A stretch of 64,000 bases of DNA from the NCBI GenBank assembly GCA_044376405.1, contig JBILKZ010000002.1:1466-65465 (forward strand), written 5' to 3'. The notes under the pieces were generated by a model. That model was not told where the DNA came from, made no database searches, and was given only the letters and a program-made list of their open reading frames with translations. This document shows positions 46,683-56,483 of the stretch, in pieces. Made by a program: the position numbers and the translations under genes. Source of the stretch: Pirellulales bacterium (lineage in GTDB: Bacteria; Planctomycetota; Planctomycetia; Pirellulales; UBA1268). The first letter of the stretch is position 1, and each line of letters opens with the position of its first letter.

Positions 46683-47611
46683 GGGTTCTCCTGACCGGCA
46701 GTCTCGGCCGCGGCCTCGCCATCATCCGACGGCATCGTAACGCTGCTGACTAAGTCTACGGCGGCCTCGTCAGACCGCCGTAGAAAGACCAGCTTCGCGC
46801 CGAGTATCAGCGACTCCTGCTTCAGAACGCGGCCACTGCGATCGACCCACAGTCGGCAGCGCGGCTCGCGGTGCATCGCAGGATCGTCCCGGTAGTGCAC
46901 CACATCGACCCGCACCAGTTTGTCATCCCAAAACATCGACTCTTCGCCGGCGACCCTGGCGTGAAGAATCTGGATCGGGGCCTGGCCGGGCCGCAGCGGG
47001 CTGTAGACCGGAACCGTCCATTGACGGTTATGATAGAGCCCGGGCAACGTGGCCTGTGGCGAGAGTTCGTCGCCGATCGTGATTTGCCTCGGCAGGTGCC
47101 GGGAGACGGTGTAGTTCATGCCGTGGGCCCGCACGTCGACGGTGACCTCACCCTTGTCGATCCTGCCGTTGAGAAACACCCGGTCGGCGGTGGCCGGCAG
47201 GTTCACCACCGACTGAAACGACCGGAGATCCCCCTGCGGGTCGATCGTCAGATGGCCCCGCGCGTCGAGGGCGTATGACACGCCGGGGGTGAACGACTGC
47301 CGCAGCAGCAACTTGGTCCACACCGGCAGCACCTCGTCGATCGGAAGCCGGTCGAAATGGAGCAGGCTCTCCACCTCCATGCCCCCTGGCTCGGTACGTT
47401 CCGACTGGCTCATCGCCCATCCCAGCGGCTGGTCATTCCAAAGCACGGTCCATGCCACGGGAACAGGCCGGTTCTCCGCCATGTAGAGCGCCTGATACCC
47501 TGGCGGCGACCCGGGCGAGAGCGAAGGCAGGATCTTCGCCAACAGCAGCCAACCGCTGCTGGCGCACCAGAAGAGAACCACCAGCGGAATCAGCCAGGGA
47601 CGGTACAGCAT
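46679..47611 (-). CDS. N-terminally anchored hypothetical protein, first gene of the ABC operon
   Basis: MLYRPWLIPLVVLFWCASSGWLLLAKILP anchor followed by a beta-rich body with no recognised motif. ATGA overlap with the ATPase gene. Confidence 0.55.
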   Translation of the reverse strand: MLYRPWLIPLVVLFWCASSGWLLLAKILPSLSPGSPPGYQALYMAENRPVPVAWTVLWNDQPLGWAMSQSERTEPGGMEVESLLHFDRLPIDEVLPVWTKLLLRQSFTPGVSYALDARGHLTIDPQGDLRSFQSVVNLPATADRVFLNGRIDKGEVTVDVRAHGMNYTVSRHLPRQITIGDELSPQATLPGLYHNRQWTVPVYSPLRPGQAPIQILHARVAGEESMFWDDKLVRVDVVHYRDDPAMHREPRCRLWVDRSGRVLKQESLILGAKLVFLRRSDEAAVDLVSSVTMPSDDGEAAAETAGQENP

Positions 47612-47915
47612 GGCGAGAACCGGCGGCGTGGCAAACGTGCTCAAATCGCGGGGTTGGCGACAAAGCCAGACACCCTCCCGCATTCAACGACAACGGCCGG
47701 GGAAAGTTGTATGCACCCTCACTTCCCGCGATTATAGCGGCGCAACGGCAAGTTCCAAAGAAACACACACGTATCTTGCAGAATTCTCATCTTTCCCGGA
47801 ATTGCCGGAAGGGAACTGTGGACTTAGAATTCCTACCCGTCGGGCCACAGATCGCTTCACGTTTTCGCCATCCGTCATCACTCCGCCGCCATCAGTCCGC
47901 CGTGGGGGAAATCAG

Positions 47916-48164
47916 ATGAGTCACGAACTCGACAATCCTGTCTGCTACCACCAATCCTGCCCAGTCTGCGGTCGCAGCCTCCGCATTCGTGTGATGCTGC
48001 TGGGACAGCGGGTCTACTGCCAGCACTGTGGCGGCGGGTTCATCGCCACCGACGCCTGCGACAACGCCATGGCACCTCCTGTCACGGGTGGCCGGCCTCA
48101 GGCTTCAATAGTGGACGAACTGATCGAACGCGCGGCGGCCATGCTGGGAGTCACGCCCGAGTGA
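47916..48164 (+). CDS. small zinc-ribbon protein, hypothetical
   Basis: 82 aa with CPVCG...CQHCG. GGGGGAA lies 5 nt upstream of the ATG. The track ORF 47610-48164 is considered over-extended. Confidence 0.45.
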   Translation: MSHELDNPVCYHQSCPVCGRSLRIRVMLLGQRVYCQHCGGGFIATDACDNAMAPPVTGGRPQASIVDELIERAAAMLGVTPE

Positions 48165-49476
48165 TGGCATCCAGACGGTCCCAGTAGTCAGGGAACGTCT
48201 TGCCAACGCAGGCCGGATCGGCAACGAGAACCCCTGGCACCCGCAGCCCCACCAGGGCCAGACTCATCGCCATGCGGTGATCGTCGTAGGTCTTCACGGT
48301 CGCGCCATGGAGCCCGGCACTGCCCGGCCCAGGTGAGTCCGCCCCCGCGTGCCCGACCGGTGCGATCGTGAGTCCGTCGGCATGTTCCACGACCGTGGCG
48401 CCCAGGCGGCGGAGTTCGCAGGTAAGGTCGCCGATGCGGTCGGTCTCCTTGTCGCGGATGTGGGCGACGTTTCGGATCGTGGTCGGACCGTCTGCGAAAA
48501 GCGCCACGACAGCGAGCGTCGGCACCGTGTCGCTGATCGCGTTCATGTCGATGTCGATACCGCGGACCGCGCGGCCGGTCACCGTGATCGACTCATCAGT
48601 CCCGTCGTCCCATGCGACCGTGCAGCCCATGCGGCCGAGCGCATCGGCAAAGCCGACGTCGCCCTGCATGCTTCGGCGTGAGAGTCCCTCCACTCTCACG
48701 CTGCCGCCGGTGATCGCAGCGGCCGCGAGGAAATAGCTGGCCGCCGAGGCGTCGGGTTCGATCGCGTAGCCACGGCCCTGGTAGCCTGATGACGCGATCC
48801 GCCAGCCACGGTCTCCCTCGGGCGAGCAGTTCGCACCGAAGGCCTCCATCACACGCCGCGTCATGTCGAGATAGGGAAGCGAGACGAGCGTGCCGGCGAA
48901 TTGGATCTGCATGCCCTGCGGCGTGCATGGTGCCACCATGGCCAGCCCGCTGGCGAACTGGCTCGACGTGCTGCCCCGCACACTGGCCGCACCGCCACGC
49001 AAGCCCCGCGAGCGAATCACCACCGGAGGACATCCCCCAGGGCTCTCGGCGGTGGCGTCGACACCGAGCGACTGGAGCGCCTCCAGCAGATCACCGATGG
49101 GTCGTTTGCGCATTCGCGGCGTGCCGTCCAGTCGATAGGTGCCGTGACCGATCGCGCAGACCGCCGAGAGGAAGCGAATCGTCGTGCCGCTGGCGGCGCA
49201 ATCGATTGTCGCCTCGGCGGCCGGCACGGTGCCCCCCGCCCCCGCCACGCGGACCTCGCCCCGCGACCAGTCAGCGATCACCCCGATGCCGAGCGCCGCC
49301 AGGCCCGCGGCCATCACCCGCGTATCCTGACTATCGAGCACCCCGGTGAGTAGGCTCTCGCCGCGGGCCAACGCCGCGCAGACCAGGGCCCGATTGGTGA
49401 TGCTCTTCGATCCCGGCGGCCGGATCGAGCCCACGATCGGATGCGGGCAGACGGGTATGGCAAGGGGATCGGTCAT
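48151..49476 (-). CDS. aroA: 3-phosphoshikimate 1-carboxyvinyltransferase
   Basis: PPGSKSITNRALVCAAL, DSQDTRVM, RMRKRPIGDL, IRDKETDR, and DDHRMAMS. Confidence 0.93.
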   Translation of the reverse strand: MTDPLAIPVCPHPIVGSIRPPGSKSITNRALVCAALARGESLLTGVLDSQDTRVMAAGLAALGIGVIADWSRGEVRVAGAGGTVPAAEATIDCAASGTTIRFLSAVCAIGHGTYRLDGTPRMRKRPIGDLLEALQSLGVDATAESPGGCPPVVIRSRGLRGGAASVRGSTSSQFASGLAMVAPCTPQGMQIQFAGTLVSLPYLDMTRRVMEAFGANCSPEGDRGWRIASSGYQGRGYAIEPDASAASYFLAAAAITGGSVRVEGLSRRSMQGDVGFADALGRMGCTVAWDDGTDESITVTGRAVRGIDIDMNAISDTVPTLAVVALFADGPTTIRNVAHIRDKETDRIGDLTCELRRLGATVVEHADGLTIAPVGHAGADSPGPGSAGLHGATVKTYDDHRMAMSLALVGLRVPGVLVADPACVGKTFPDYWDRLDAITRA

Positions 49477-49503
49477 GGTGGATAGGCAGGCTATGATAAC
49501 CAC

Positions 49504-50757
49504 ATGTCACGGTCCATGGACGACTCCCTCGCTGCCTACGATTTTTTTGCACCGCCGCTGATCCGGTTCGGCGCCGGCAGGATCGACGAGATTGGCACAA
49601 CGGTTGAACTTCTCGGCAGGCGGGCCTGGATCGTCGGAGGGACCGCGAGCCTCGAACGTTCTGGGGCGCGGCAGCGGATCGAGGCCAGCCTCTCCGCCGC
49701 CGGGATCGAGTCCCGGGTCGTTGCCCGAAGCACCGGCGAGCCAACGGTCGACCAACTGGCCGCCGCCCTCGACGGCCTCCAGCACGAGAATCTCGACGGC
49801 GTGGTGATGGTGGCAGTGGGCGGCGGGTCGACCATCGATCTGGCCAAAGCATTGGCGGCATTGGCGACCAACATGCCCATCGACCAGCGAACGAGCATCG
49901 ATCTCGACACCTTCATCGTCGATCACCTCGAGGGGGTCGGCCGCGGGATCGCCATCCGACACTGGCCGCTGCCCATGGTCGCAGTGCCCACCACGGCCGG
50001 CACCGGCGCAGAAGCGACGCGAAACGCGGTCATCTCCTGCCCACGGCGGCGGTTCAAGAAGAGCATGCGGAGCCCGATGATGGTGCCGCGGGCAGCGCTC
50101 GTCGACCCCGACCTGACGGCGTCGTGCGACTCGTCCACCATCGCCGCGTCGGGGCTCGACTGCATCACGCAGTTGATTGAATCGTTTGTGTGTCGGTTCG
50201 CGAAGCCACTGCCCAGGTGCCTGGTGCTCGAATCGCTGCCGCGGGCGCTGCACGCGCTGCCCAGGCTGTTGACGCCGATGCCCACGGGCGATGATCCGCA
50301 ACGCTGGGCCGATAGCCGGGCGGCTGATCGGGCGGCACTGAGTCATGCGGCGTTGCTCTCTGGACTCGCGCTGACCAACTCGGGCCTCGGTCTCGCACAC
50401 GGCGTGGCGGCGGCGCTTGGCGTCGCATGCGGCACGCCGCACGGGGTGGCCTGTGCCGTCATGCTGCCTGCTGCGCTGCGGGTCAACCGTGAGGTGGTTC
50501 GAGACGATTTCGCCCTGCTCGAGCGGGCGGTCGACCCTTCCGCGTCGCGGGATCTGGCAACCGCTGCGGACGCCTTCGTGCAGAGGATCGAACGGCTGTG
50601 TCTGGAGTCGGGCGCGCCACGCAGGCTTTCGGAACTAGGCGTCACGGCCGATCAGATCGACTGGCTGGCCGACAATTCTGGTGGAGCGAGCATGCGGGGC
50701 AATCCGGTGCAACTCGCCACGGAAGACCTCCGCAGTCTGCTTGCGGCCATGCTCTGA
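49504..50757 (+). CDS. iron-containing alcohol dehydrogenase family protein
   Basis: VAVGGGSTIDLAKA, PTTAGTGAE, and LAHGVAAALG...HGVACA. Confidence 0.88.
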   Translation: MSRSMDDSLAAYDFFAPPLIRFGAGRIDEIGTTVELLGRRAWIVGGTASLERSGARQRIEASLSAAGIESRVVARSTGEPTVDQLAAALDGLQHENLDGVVMVAVGGGSTIDLAKALAALATNMPIDQRTSIDLDTFIVDHLEGVGRGIAIRHWPLPMVAVPTTAGTGAEATRNAVISCPRRRFKKSMRSPMMVPRAALVDPDLTASCDSSTIAASGLDCITQLIESFVCRFAKPLPRCLVLESLPRALHALPRLLTPMPTGDDPQRWADSRAADRAALSHAALLSGLALTNSGLGLAHGVAAALGVACGTPHGVACAVMLPAALRVNREVVRDDFALLERAVDPSASRDLATAADAFVQRIERLCLESGAPRRLSELGVTADQIDWLADNSGGASMRGNPVQLATEDLRSLLAAML

Positions 50758-50767
50758 GCGGCTGGCC

Positions 50768-52312
50768 CTACTCAGACCGGGTAAATACCGGGTCGTCGAG
50801 CAGGGGCAGCAGACCGGAAGCATCCGCCCCTGCCGCGAGCGCCTGCTCCCAATGCTCGCGGGCGCGATTTGGGTCGGGCTCCGGCTTCGCGAGATGATAG
50901 GCACCGACATAAAGATCGTTGGCGGGATTGGCGTCGAACCACTGCATCACGATGGCCAGCACGATGCCGGCCGGGATCTTATCGCGGGGAACCGTTTTGT
51001 TGCCGCCCGCGACACGATAGATGAACTTCTCGTCATCCACTTCCACCACTCCGACCTTCTGATTTTTGACGTCATATTCGTCCCCCGGTTTCACCGCGGC
51101 CAAGGCCTTCTCGCGATAGTCGAGGAACCCCTTGTAATACGTGGCCAGCAGCTTCCAACTGGCCACCCGCTCCTTGGCGTCGTTGCCCCCCGCCTGCTTG
51201 GATGCCACCGCCAACAGTTGCATGACGGTGTCGTCTTCCTGGCGTCGCAGCGATTCGAGCGCCTCTGCGAGCGTGGCGTCGAGTCGGCTATCTTCTTTTG
51301 CCATCGCTTCGGCAGGCGGGTCATCGGCAGGCTTGTCTTCCTCTGGCTTCTCAAGCACGCCCTTCATCTCGGCTGGCTTCTGCTCAGCTGGCATTTCGCT
51401 CGCGGGCTTGCGCATTGGCTTTGGCGGAGGCACGGCAGCCTCCATCTTTCCCGCCCCCGCTGACTCCTCCGCAGGCCTTGGCTCGTCTTCGGACTCTGGT
51501 TTGGGCCGCGACGGCCGAGTGCGTTCCGTTCGTTGCGATGGTGCCTTGCTCGTCGACACGGCGCGATCGGATGCGGGATCGGTCGAACCGTCGTCGTCTT
51601 TGTCGGCACGCCGCGAGTTCTTCTGCGGAATTCTGACCGGGTCAGCCGTCGGCTCGACCAGGGCTGACTGACGCTCGCCCGACTTCCCTTGCTTGGGCTT
51701 CCCGTCCTTGAGCTTCCCATAGACGGTGTAGTAGACGAGCCCGCCAGCCAGGCCGGAGAGCGCCAGTACCGTCAGGGCGATGCCTGCCACCGGGGTCTTC
51801 TTCCGATACACGGTCGTGCGGATGGCGATCGCCTCGACACCACCACCCTCGCTGCGAAACGCTCCACCAGGCACCACCGGCGGCACAGGGGGCACCACCG
51901 GCGGCACAGGGGGCACCGCAGCCGGAACGACGGGTGGCACGCCAGGAACCACTCCCGGTCCCTGCGGCATTATCGGCCCGGCAGTCGGAGGAGCGGCCCT
52001 CTGCGATGGCGGCGCGGGCATGGCAAACCCGACAGCCGCGCCGGTCTGGGGCCGCGGCGGGATGGCGGCGATCTCCGCGAGCAGCTTCTCTCGCGCTTCT
52101 TCAACCCGCTTGATGAGACCTGCCCGTGCCATCGCGAACGGGCCCGGTGAAATAGCACGCAGCAGATTCAGGCGGGCTTCGGCTGCCCGCCGGACAATCA
52201 ACGGATCGGCCTCCTGCGGCGACACGCCCAGCACGAGGCGGGCATTCCCCAGATCAACCGCATCGATGCCGAGCCACTGTCTACAGGGATCGAAAGGAGC
52301 GTCTGTCGGCAT
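50768..52312 (-). CDS. hypothetical membrane protein with J-domain-like N-terminus and Pro/Val-rich repeat
   Basis: PCRQWLGIDAVDL...LVLGVSPQEADPLIVRRAAEARLNLL, then VPPVVPAAVPPVPPVVPPVPPVV, one TM helix, a charged linker and a C-terminal globular part. The ATG at 52312 is preferred. Confidence 0.6.
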   Translation of the reverse strand: MPTDAPFDPCRQWLGIDAVDLGNARLVLGVSPQEADPLIVRRAAEARLNLLRAISPGPFAMARAGLIKRVEEAREKLLAEIAAIPPRPQTGAAVGFAMPAPPSQRAAPPTAGPIMPQGPGVVPGVPPVVPAAVPPVPPVVPPVPPVVPGGAFRSEGGGVEAIAIRTTVYRKKTPVAGIALTVLALSGLAGGLVYYTVYGKLKDGKPKQGKSGERQSALVEPTADPVRIPQKNSRRADKDDDGSTDPASDRAVSTSKAPSQRTERTRPSRPKPESEDEPRPAEESAGAGKMEAAVPPPKPMRKPASEMPAEQKPAEMKGVLEKPEEDKPADDPPAEAMAKEDSRLDATLAEALESLRRQEDDTVMQLLAVASKQAGGNDAKERVASWKLLATYYKGFLDYREKALAAVKPGDEYDVKNQKVGVVEVDDEKFIYRVAGGNKTVPRDKIPAGIVLAIVMQWFDANPANDLYVGAYHLAKPEPDPNRAREHWEQALAAGADASGLLPLLDDPVFTRSE

Positions 52313-52416
52313 GATCCATCCGCCGCAAGGAAGGGCTGCGTGACTGGAGGCGGCCCGAGAGCATTTCCTGGGCACCGCCCGCCGGGATCGATGCTAACAC
52401 ACCCGGCGTGCCCCGC

Positions 52417-54651
52417 TCAATTGCGGCGCCAGACCGTCATCTCCGCCACCGAATGCTGGTGTTTCCGCGCCGTCTCCCTGATCACGAACGGGACGTCCTC
52501 GCGGTGCACCAGGGAAAACCTCGGCTCGAGCGACCGCGTCAGTCCCATCAGCGTCGACAGCGGCTCGCCATGTTCACGCCGGCCACCGATCCATTTGGCC
52601 TTCGGCGTGTACTCCTCGAGCCATGTGTAGGGGGAGGTGATCACGAGCAGCCCCCCGGGGAGGATCCGCGAGGTGATGCCGTCGAGAAACAGCGAGGGGT
52701 CGTAGAGACGGTCGATGAGATTGCCGGCGAAGACAAGGTCATAGCCGGCATAGAGGGGCTTCAGATTGCAGGCGTCGCCCTGCATGAAGAGCACCCGGGA
52801 GCCGACCTGCTCGAGCCCAAGCCGATCGAGCGAAATCGTCCGGGAGATCGTGAGTTCGCCCTCCGTCGGGACCTCGTAGATCACGTCATTTCCCTGCTGC
52901 AGTCGCACGCCCGACTGGATGAACCGGGCCGAGAAGTCAACTGCATCGACATGGCCGAAAAAGCGCGCGAATTCAAATGCCGACCGCCCGACCGAACACC
53001 CGATGTCGAGACACTTCCCGCGACGCCCCTGGGGCACGTGCCGAATCACAGCCTCCACGCAGGCCCGCGGGAAGTTGGGCACTCCCAACGCCTCGGGACC
53101 GAAGTGAAATTCCACATACTGGGTCACGAGTTGGTCGGTTTCATAGAGCCGCGAACCATCGGTGACAGCTTCACTGCCCGGCGTTTCGATGATCGTGCGA
53201 AACCCCGCGTGCTGGAAGAAGTGCCGGCGGAAGGCATACCTGGCGCTGGCGAGAGTCTCGTTTCCCGTCGAGATCCAGGAACCACCCTTGATCAGGTTGT
53301 GGCGGCCATCGAAGGTCGGCGCCGAAAAATCGTCATAGAGCGGATGCACCTCGAAGCCCTTGAGGGGCATGATCGGGGTGCGGGTCCACTGCCAGACGTT
53401 GCCGATCACGTCGTAGAAGTCGCCCTGCGGATAGGCATCGACCGGCATGCTCGAGGCCCCGTGTTCCAGATTGATGTTGCCAGGCGCCCGCCTCCAATCA
53501 GGCTGATCGGCGGAGATTGCCGAAGGCATCGTGTGCCGCAAGGCATACCAGTGAGCCTCGGTCGGCAACTGGACGTTCTCGCCGGTACGGGAGGCGAGCC
53601 ACGCACAGTAAGCCTGAGCTTCCAGGCAGTTCACCTCGACCGGCCAGTCGAGCGGCAGAGGCATCTCGTTGAGCAGGTTCCGCTGCCAGAAGGCTGCTGC
53701 CGTTTCCGTGCCCCGCCGCAGCCAGAACCTGGGGTGTTCCGCCCGGGTGTAGTGCAGCCAGCCGCGGCCCTCCTCCGTCCACCACTCCTCACGGTCATAG
53801 CCACCGTCCTCGACAAAGGCGAGAAATTCGCCGTTGGAGACCAGCTGCCGGGCAGCCCGAAAATCGGCCAGGACGACCTCTTCCACCCCGTATTCATTGT
53901 CCCAGCCGAATGTCTGATCGTCGGCCGACTTGCCCAGCCGCACCGTCTGCGATGCGACGGGCAACCAATCGTTGGCGGGCACTGGGCCGGAGCGTTTGCA
54001 GATCGACCAGAGCTGGCGTTCCTCGGCCGAGAGTTCGCCTCCCTGCCGCAGATCGTCAAGCGGCATCAGCCGCATGATCACGCTCGACGTCTCCAGGTGG
54101 ATCCGCTCGTGCTCGATCCCCATCAGGATGATCCAGGCGGGTGAATCCTGCCGGATCGGCAGTTCCAGCGGCATCGATTGGATGAACGCGTCAACATTTT
54201 CTCGCACGACAGCCCGGTAGTCACGCACCGCCGCGACGCTCGGCCAATCGTAGTGGGCCGTGTTGAGATCGTCCCACGACATCTCGTCCACGCCGACTGC
54301 CATCATCGCCTCCAGCCTGGCATCGAGCCGGTTGGGAATGAACCGTCCGGAGATCAGCTTGTTGACGAAAAACACCGCCGGGTGGGCGAAGTAGAAGATG
54401 AGTGGATGCCGGAGCGGCTCATGCCGTTCGTAATAAGAGGCATCGTTGCGGATCAGCGCAAAGAGCCGTTCGTAGAGTTCGCTGGTCTGGTGGTAATACC
54501 GGAGTATCTCTGCCCGCTTGGCGGCCACCGGATCGGCAGCGGCCGGATCGGCAGTCAGCAGCACCGTTTTCGTCGGCACGAGCGGCGTGGCGAGGGATGC
54601 GAAGCGGACACGGGGGGCGGCGGTAACGGCGGCAGACGCAGTCGGATTCAT
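52417..54651 (-). CDS. ovoA: 5-histidylcysteine sulfoxide synthase / methyltransferase (OvoA architecture)
   Basis: DinB-like N-terminal part with H-x3-H-x-E (GIEHERIHLETS). FGE-sulfatase-like middle (GNVWQWT, KGGSWIS). C-terminal SAM methyltransferase (CLDIGCSVGRSAFEFA). Length 744 aa. Confidence 0.85.
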   Translation of the reverse strand: MNPTASAAVTAAPRVRFASLATPLVPTKTVLLTADPAAADPVAAKRAEILRYYHQTSELYERLFALIRNDASYYERHEPLRHPLIFYFAHPAVFFVNKLISGRFIPNRLDARLEAMMAVGVDEMSWDDLNTAHYDWPSVAAVRDYRAVVRENVDAFIQSMPLELPIRQDSPAWIILMGIEHERIHLETSSVIMRLMPLDDLRQGGELSAEERQLWSICKRSGPVPANDWLPVASQTVRLGKSADDQTFGWDNEYGVEEVVLADFRAARQLVSNGEFLAFVEDGGYDREEWWTEEGRGWLHYTRAEHPRFWLRRGTETAAAFWQRNLLNEMPLPLDWPVEVNCLEAQAYCAWLASRTGENVQLPTEAHWYALRHTMPSAISADQPDWRRAPGNINLEHGASSMPVDAYPQGDFYDVIGNVWQWTRTPIMPLKGFEVHPLYDDFSAPTFDGRHNLIKGGSWISTGNETLASARYAFRRHFFQHAGFRTIIETPGSEAVTDGSRLYETDQLVTQYVEFHFGPEALGVPNFPRACVEAVIRHVPQGRRGKCLDIGCSVGRSAFEFARFFGHVDAVDFSARFIQSGVRLQQGNDVIYEVPTEGELTISRTISLDRLGLEQVGSRVLFMQGDACNLKPLYAGYDLVFAGNLIDRLYDPSLFLDGITSRILPGGLLVITSPYTWLEEYTPKAKWIGGRREHGEPLSTLMGLTRSLEPRFSLVHREDVPFVIRETARKHQHSVAEMTVWRRN

Positions 54652-54677
54652 ACGCGATCGTGTTGAGGTCTGGAAAA

Positions 54678-55697
54678 CTACCCCGACCCTCTAGCACCCA
54701 GCCGCAAGCCTTCCAGAAACGGGTCGGGAATCGGGGCACTGGCGCCGAGGAGCGATCCCACGACCGTTCCCCGATGGCAGTTGTCGCCACCCACCTGGGC
54801 ATTGGCGCAGACGCCCGCCGCGAAATCGCCGGCATACCGCCAGGCCAGGAAGAGGGCCGCCGGGAAGGCGTCGGGAATGTAGCAGGCCGGGCTCAGGACC
54901 CTTCCCACGACGACGTCGTCGGGATGGCGGTCCCAATCCCGGACCTTGGCCGCCGAGATCCACCCATTGGCATGGTCGAGGATCGCGGTACGGAGGTCTT
55001 CCCCCTGGCAGACGTGGATCAGCATCTTCGTCAGCGTGTCGGCCGCGTCGAGCACCTCGTCGTCTTTGTGCGTCAGGCGGACATGGAGCCGCACGATCCG
55101 TCGCAAATCCGGATGGCGGGGTCCGAATGCCGCGACGAGTGCGGGCACGGGCACGAGCCCTCCGATATGCACGTCCCGCACGCCGCAGTTGATCGGCTTG
55201 CGACCGGCGGCCAAGTTCGTGAAGAAGTCGCGGTGGTATTCCTCGACGTAGGTGTCGCGATGCTTGCCGGCCGCGAGCATGAAGGCGGTGTAGTGGTCGA
55301 GCCAGCGCTCGGGATCGTAGTCGCGATCCCGGCGAACCATTTCGAAGAGTTCGACGGCCAGCTGTTGGTTGAGCGTGTTTTCCCCCGCTGCGAGGAACTG
55401 GTGGTAGTGAATGCCACGCTGGCCCCAGTAGGCAGCCTGTTCGCGGAGGATGTCGGTCTTCGGACTGGCGGCGGTGTAGCTCGACCGCCAGAGGATGCTG
55501 TCTGGATGGGGATTCTTCGGGGCGAGATAGTCGGTGATCGTGCCGTAATCGCGGGCCAGCGCCTGACGGTCGTAGTACCAGTGCACCGGCATCGCCACGG
55601 CATCGGCGATCAGCGAACCGAGAAATGCCTGCCGCGACGTATCGACCGGCTCGTGTGTGTGGGTCATGGGTTGGTCTCGCTCTGGCTGCGTACTCAT
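54678..55697 (-). CDS. ADP-ribosylglycohydrolase family protein (atypical metal motif)
   Basis: N-terminal FLGSLIADAVAMPVHWYY and C-terminal VGGDNCHRGTVVGSLLGA. The start is at 55697 or 55667, 13 nt downstream of the ABC ATPase stop. Confidence 0.8.
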   Translation of the reverse strand: MSTQPERDQPMTHTHEPVDTSRQAFLGSLIADAVAMPVHWYYDRQALARDYGTITDYLAPKNPHPDSILWRSSYTAASPKTDILREQAAYWGQRGIHYHQFLAAGENTLNQQLAVELFEMVRRDRDYDPERWLDHYTAFMLAAGKHRDTYVEEYHRDFFTNLAAGRKPINCGVRDVHIGGLVPVPALVAAFGPRHPDLRRIVRLHVRLTHKDDEVLDAADTLTKMLIHVCQGEDLRTAILDHANGWISAAKVRDWDRHPDDVVVGRVLSPACYIPDAFPAALFLAWRYAGDFAAGVCANAQVGGDNCHRGTVVGSLLGASAPIPDPFLEGLRLGARGSG

Positions 55698-55710
55698 CCT
55701 TTTGGAAGAA

Positions 55711-56439
55711 CTATGGAAGAATCCTCGCGAAGAAGCTGTGCACCCGCGGCACGTCGCAGCGGTCGATGATCTCGCCCGGGGGACCGTGGGCGAGCACCCG
55801 CCCGTCGCCGACGAATGCCACGAAGTCGGCCACGCGACGGGCAAATCCCATCTCGTGGGTCACCAGCACGAACTGCGTACCCAGATCCTTCAACTCGCCG
55901 ATCATCTCCAGCACTTCGGCCGTCATCTCCGGGTCGAGTGCGGAGGTGGGTTCGTCGAGGAACAATCGCTTCGGTTGCACGACGAGCGCCCGGAGGATGG
56001 CGATCCGCTGTTTCTGGCCGCCGGAGAGTTCGGCCGGACGCTTGGAAGCGTGTTCGGCAAGATGAAACCGCTCCAGCGGTTCCCGGACACGGGCCCGCGC
56101 CTCCGACTCCGACAGGCCGTGCACGTGCACGAGCGGCAGGAGCAGATTGTCCATCGCGGACAGATGGGGGAACAGATTGTAGGCCTGGAAGACCGTGCCC
56201 ACCGTCCGGCGGTAGGCACGCAGCGACGGCTCATCCCGCGGGGGGGTTACGCCGTCGAAGGCCACGCTGCCGGCCACCGGCACGTCGAGCCCTGCCAGGA
56301 TCCGCAGCAGGGTCGACTTGCCACCCCCCGAAGGCCCCACGAGCACGAGCGAACGCACATCGCCTGTGCGCAGGTCCAATCTGTCGAGCACGGTGGTCGT
56401 ACCGAAACGCTGCACGAGGCCGCTGATCTCAAGATTCAT
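55711..56439 (-). CDS. polar amino-acid ABC transporter ATP-binding protein
   Basis: GPSGGGKSTLLRIL, LSGGQKQRIAILRAL, LFLDEPTSALDPE. GlnQ/HisP-like, 242 aa. Confidence 0.92.
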   Translation of the reverse strand: MNLEISGLVQRFGTTTVLDRLDLRTGDVRSLVLVGPSGGGKSTLLRILAGLDVPVAGSVAFDGVTPPRDEPSLRAYRRTVGTVFQAYNLFPHLSAMDNLLLPLVHVHGLSESEARARVREPLERFHLAEHASKRPAELSGGQKQRIAILRALVVQPKRLFLDEPTSALDPEMTAEVLEMIGELKDLGTQFVLVTHEMGFARRVADFVAFVGDGRVLAHGPPGEIIDRCDVPRVHSFFARILP

Positions 56440-56483
56440 GATGCCCAGTCTTCATGATGTTGAGTCTTCATGATTTCTCGTCT

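Noticed and set aside
52408-54144. 578-aa ORF antisense to ovoA. The same class includes 23594-24919 (antisense topA), 28052-28861 (antisense glgB), 2668-3978, 42760-44109, 62590-63897, 31544-32944, 14670-15956, 15763-16839, 21016-21987 and 22068-23123
   Set aside because: All lie opposite genes with strong family motifs. All have Arg/Pro/Gly/His-biased composition and no recognisable motifs of their own.
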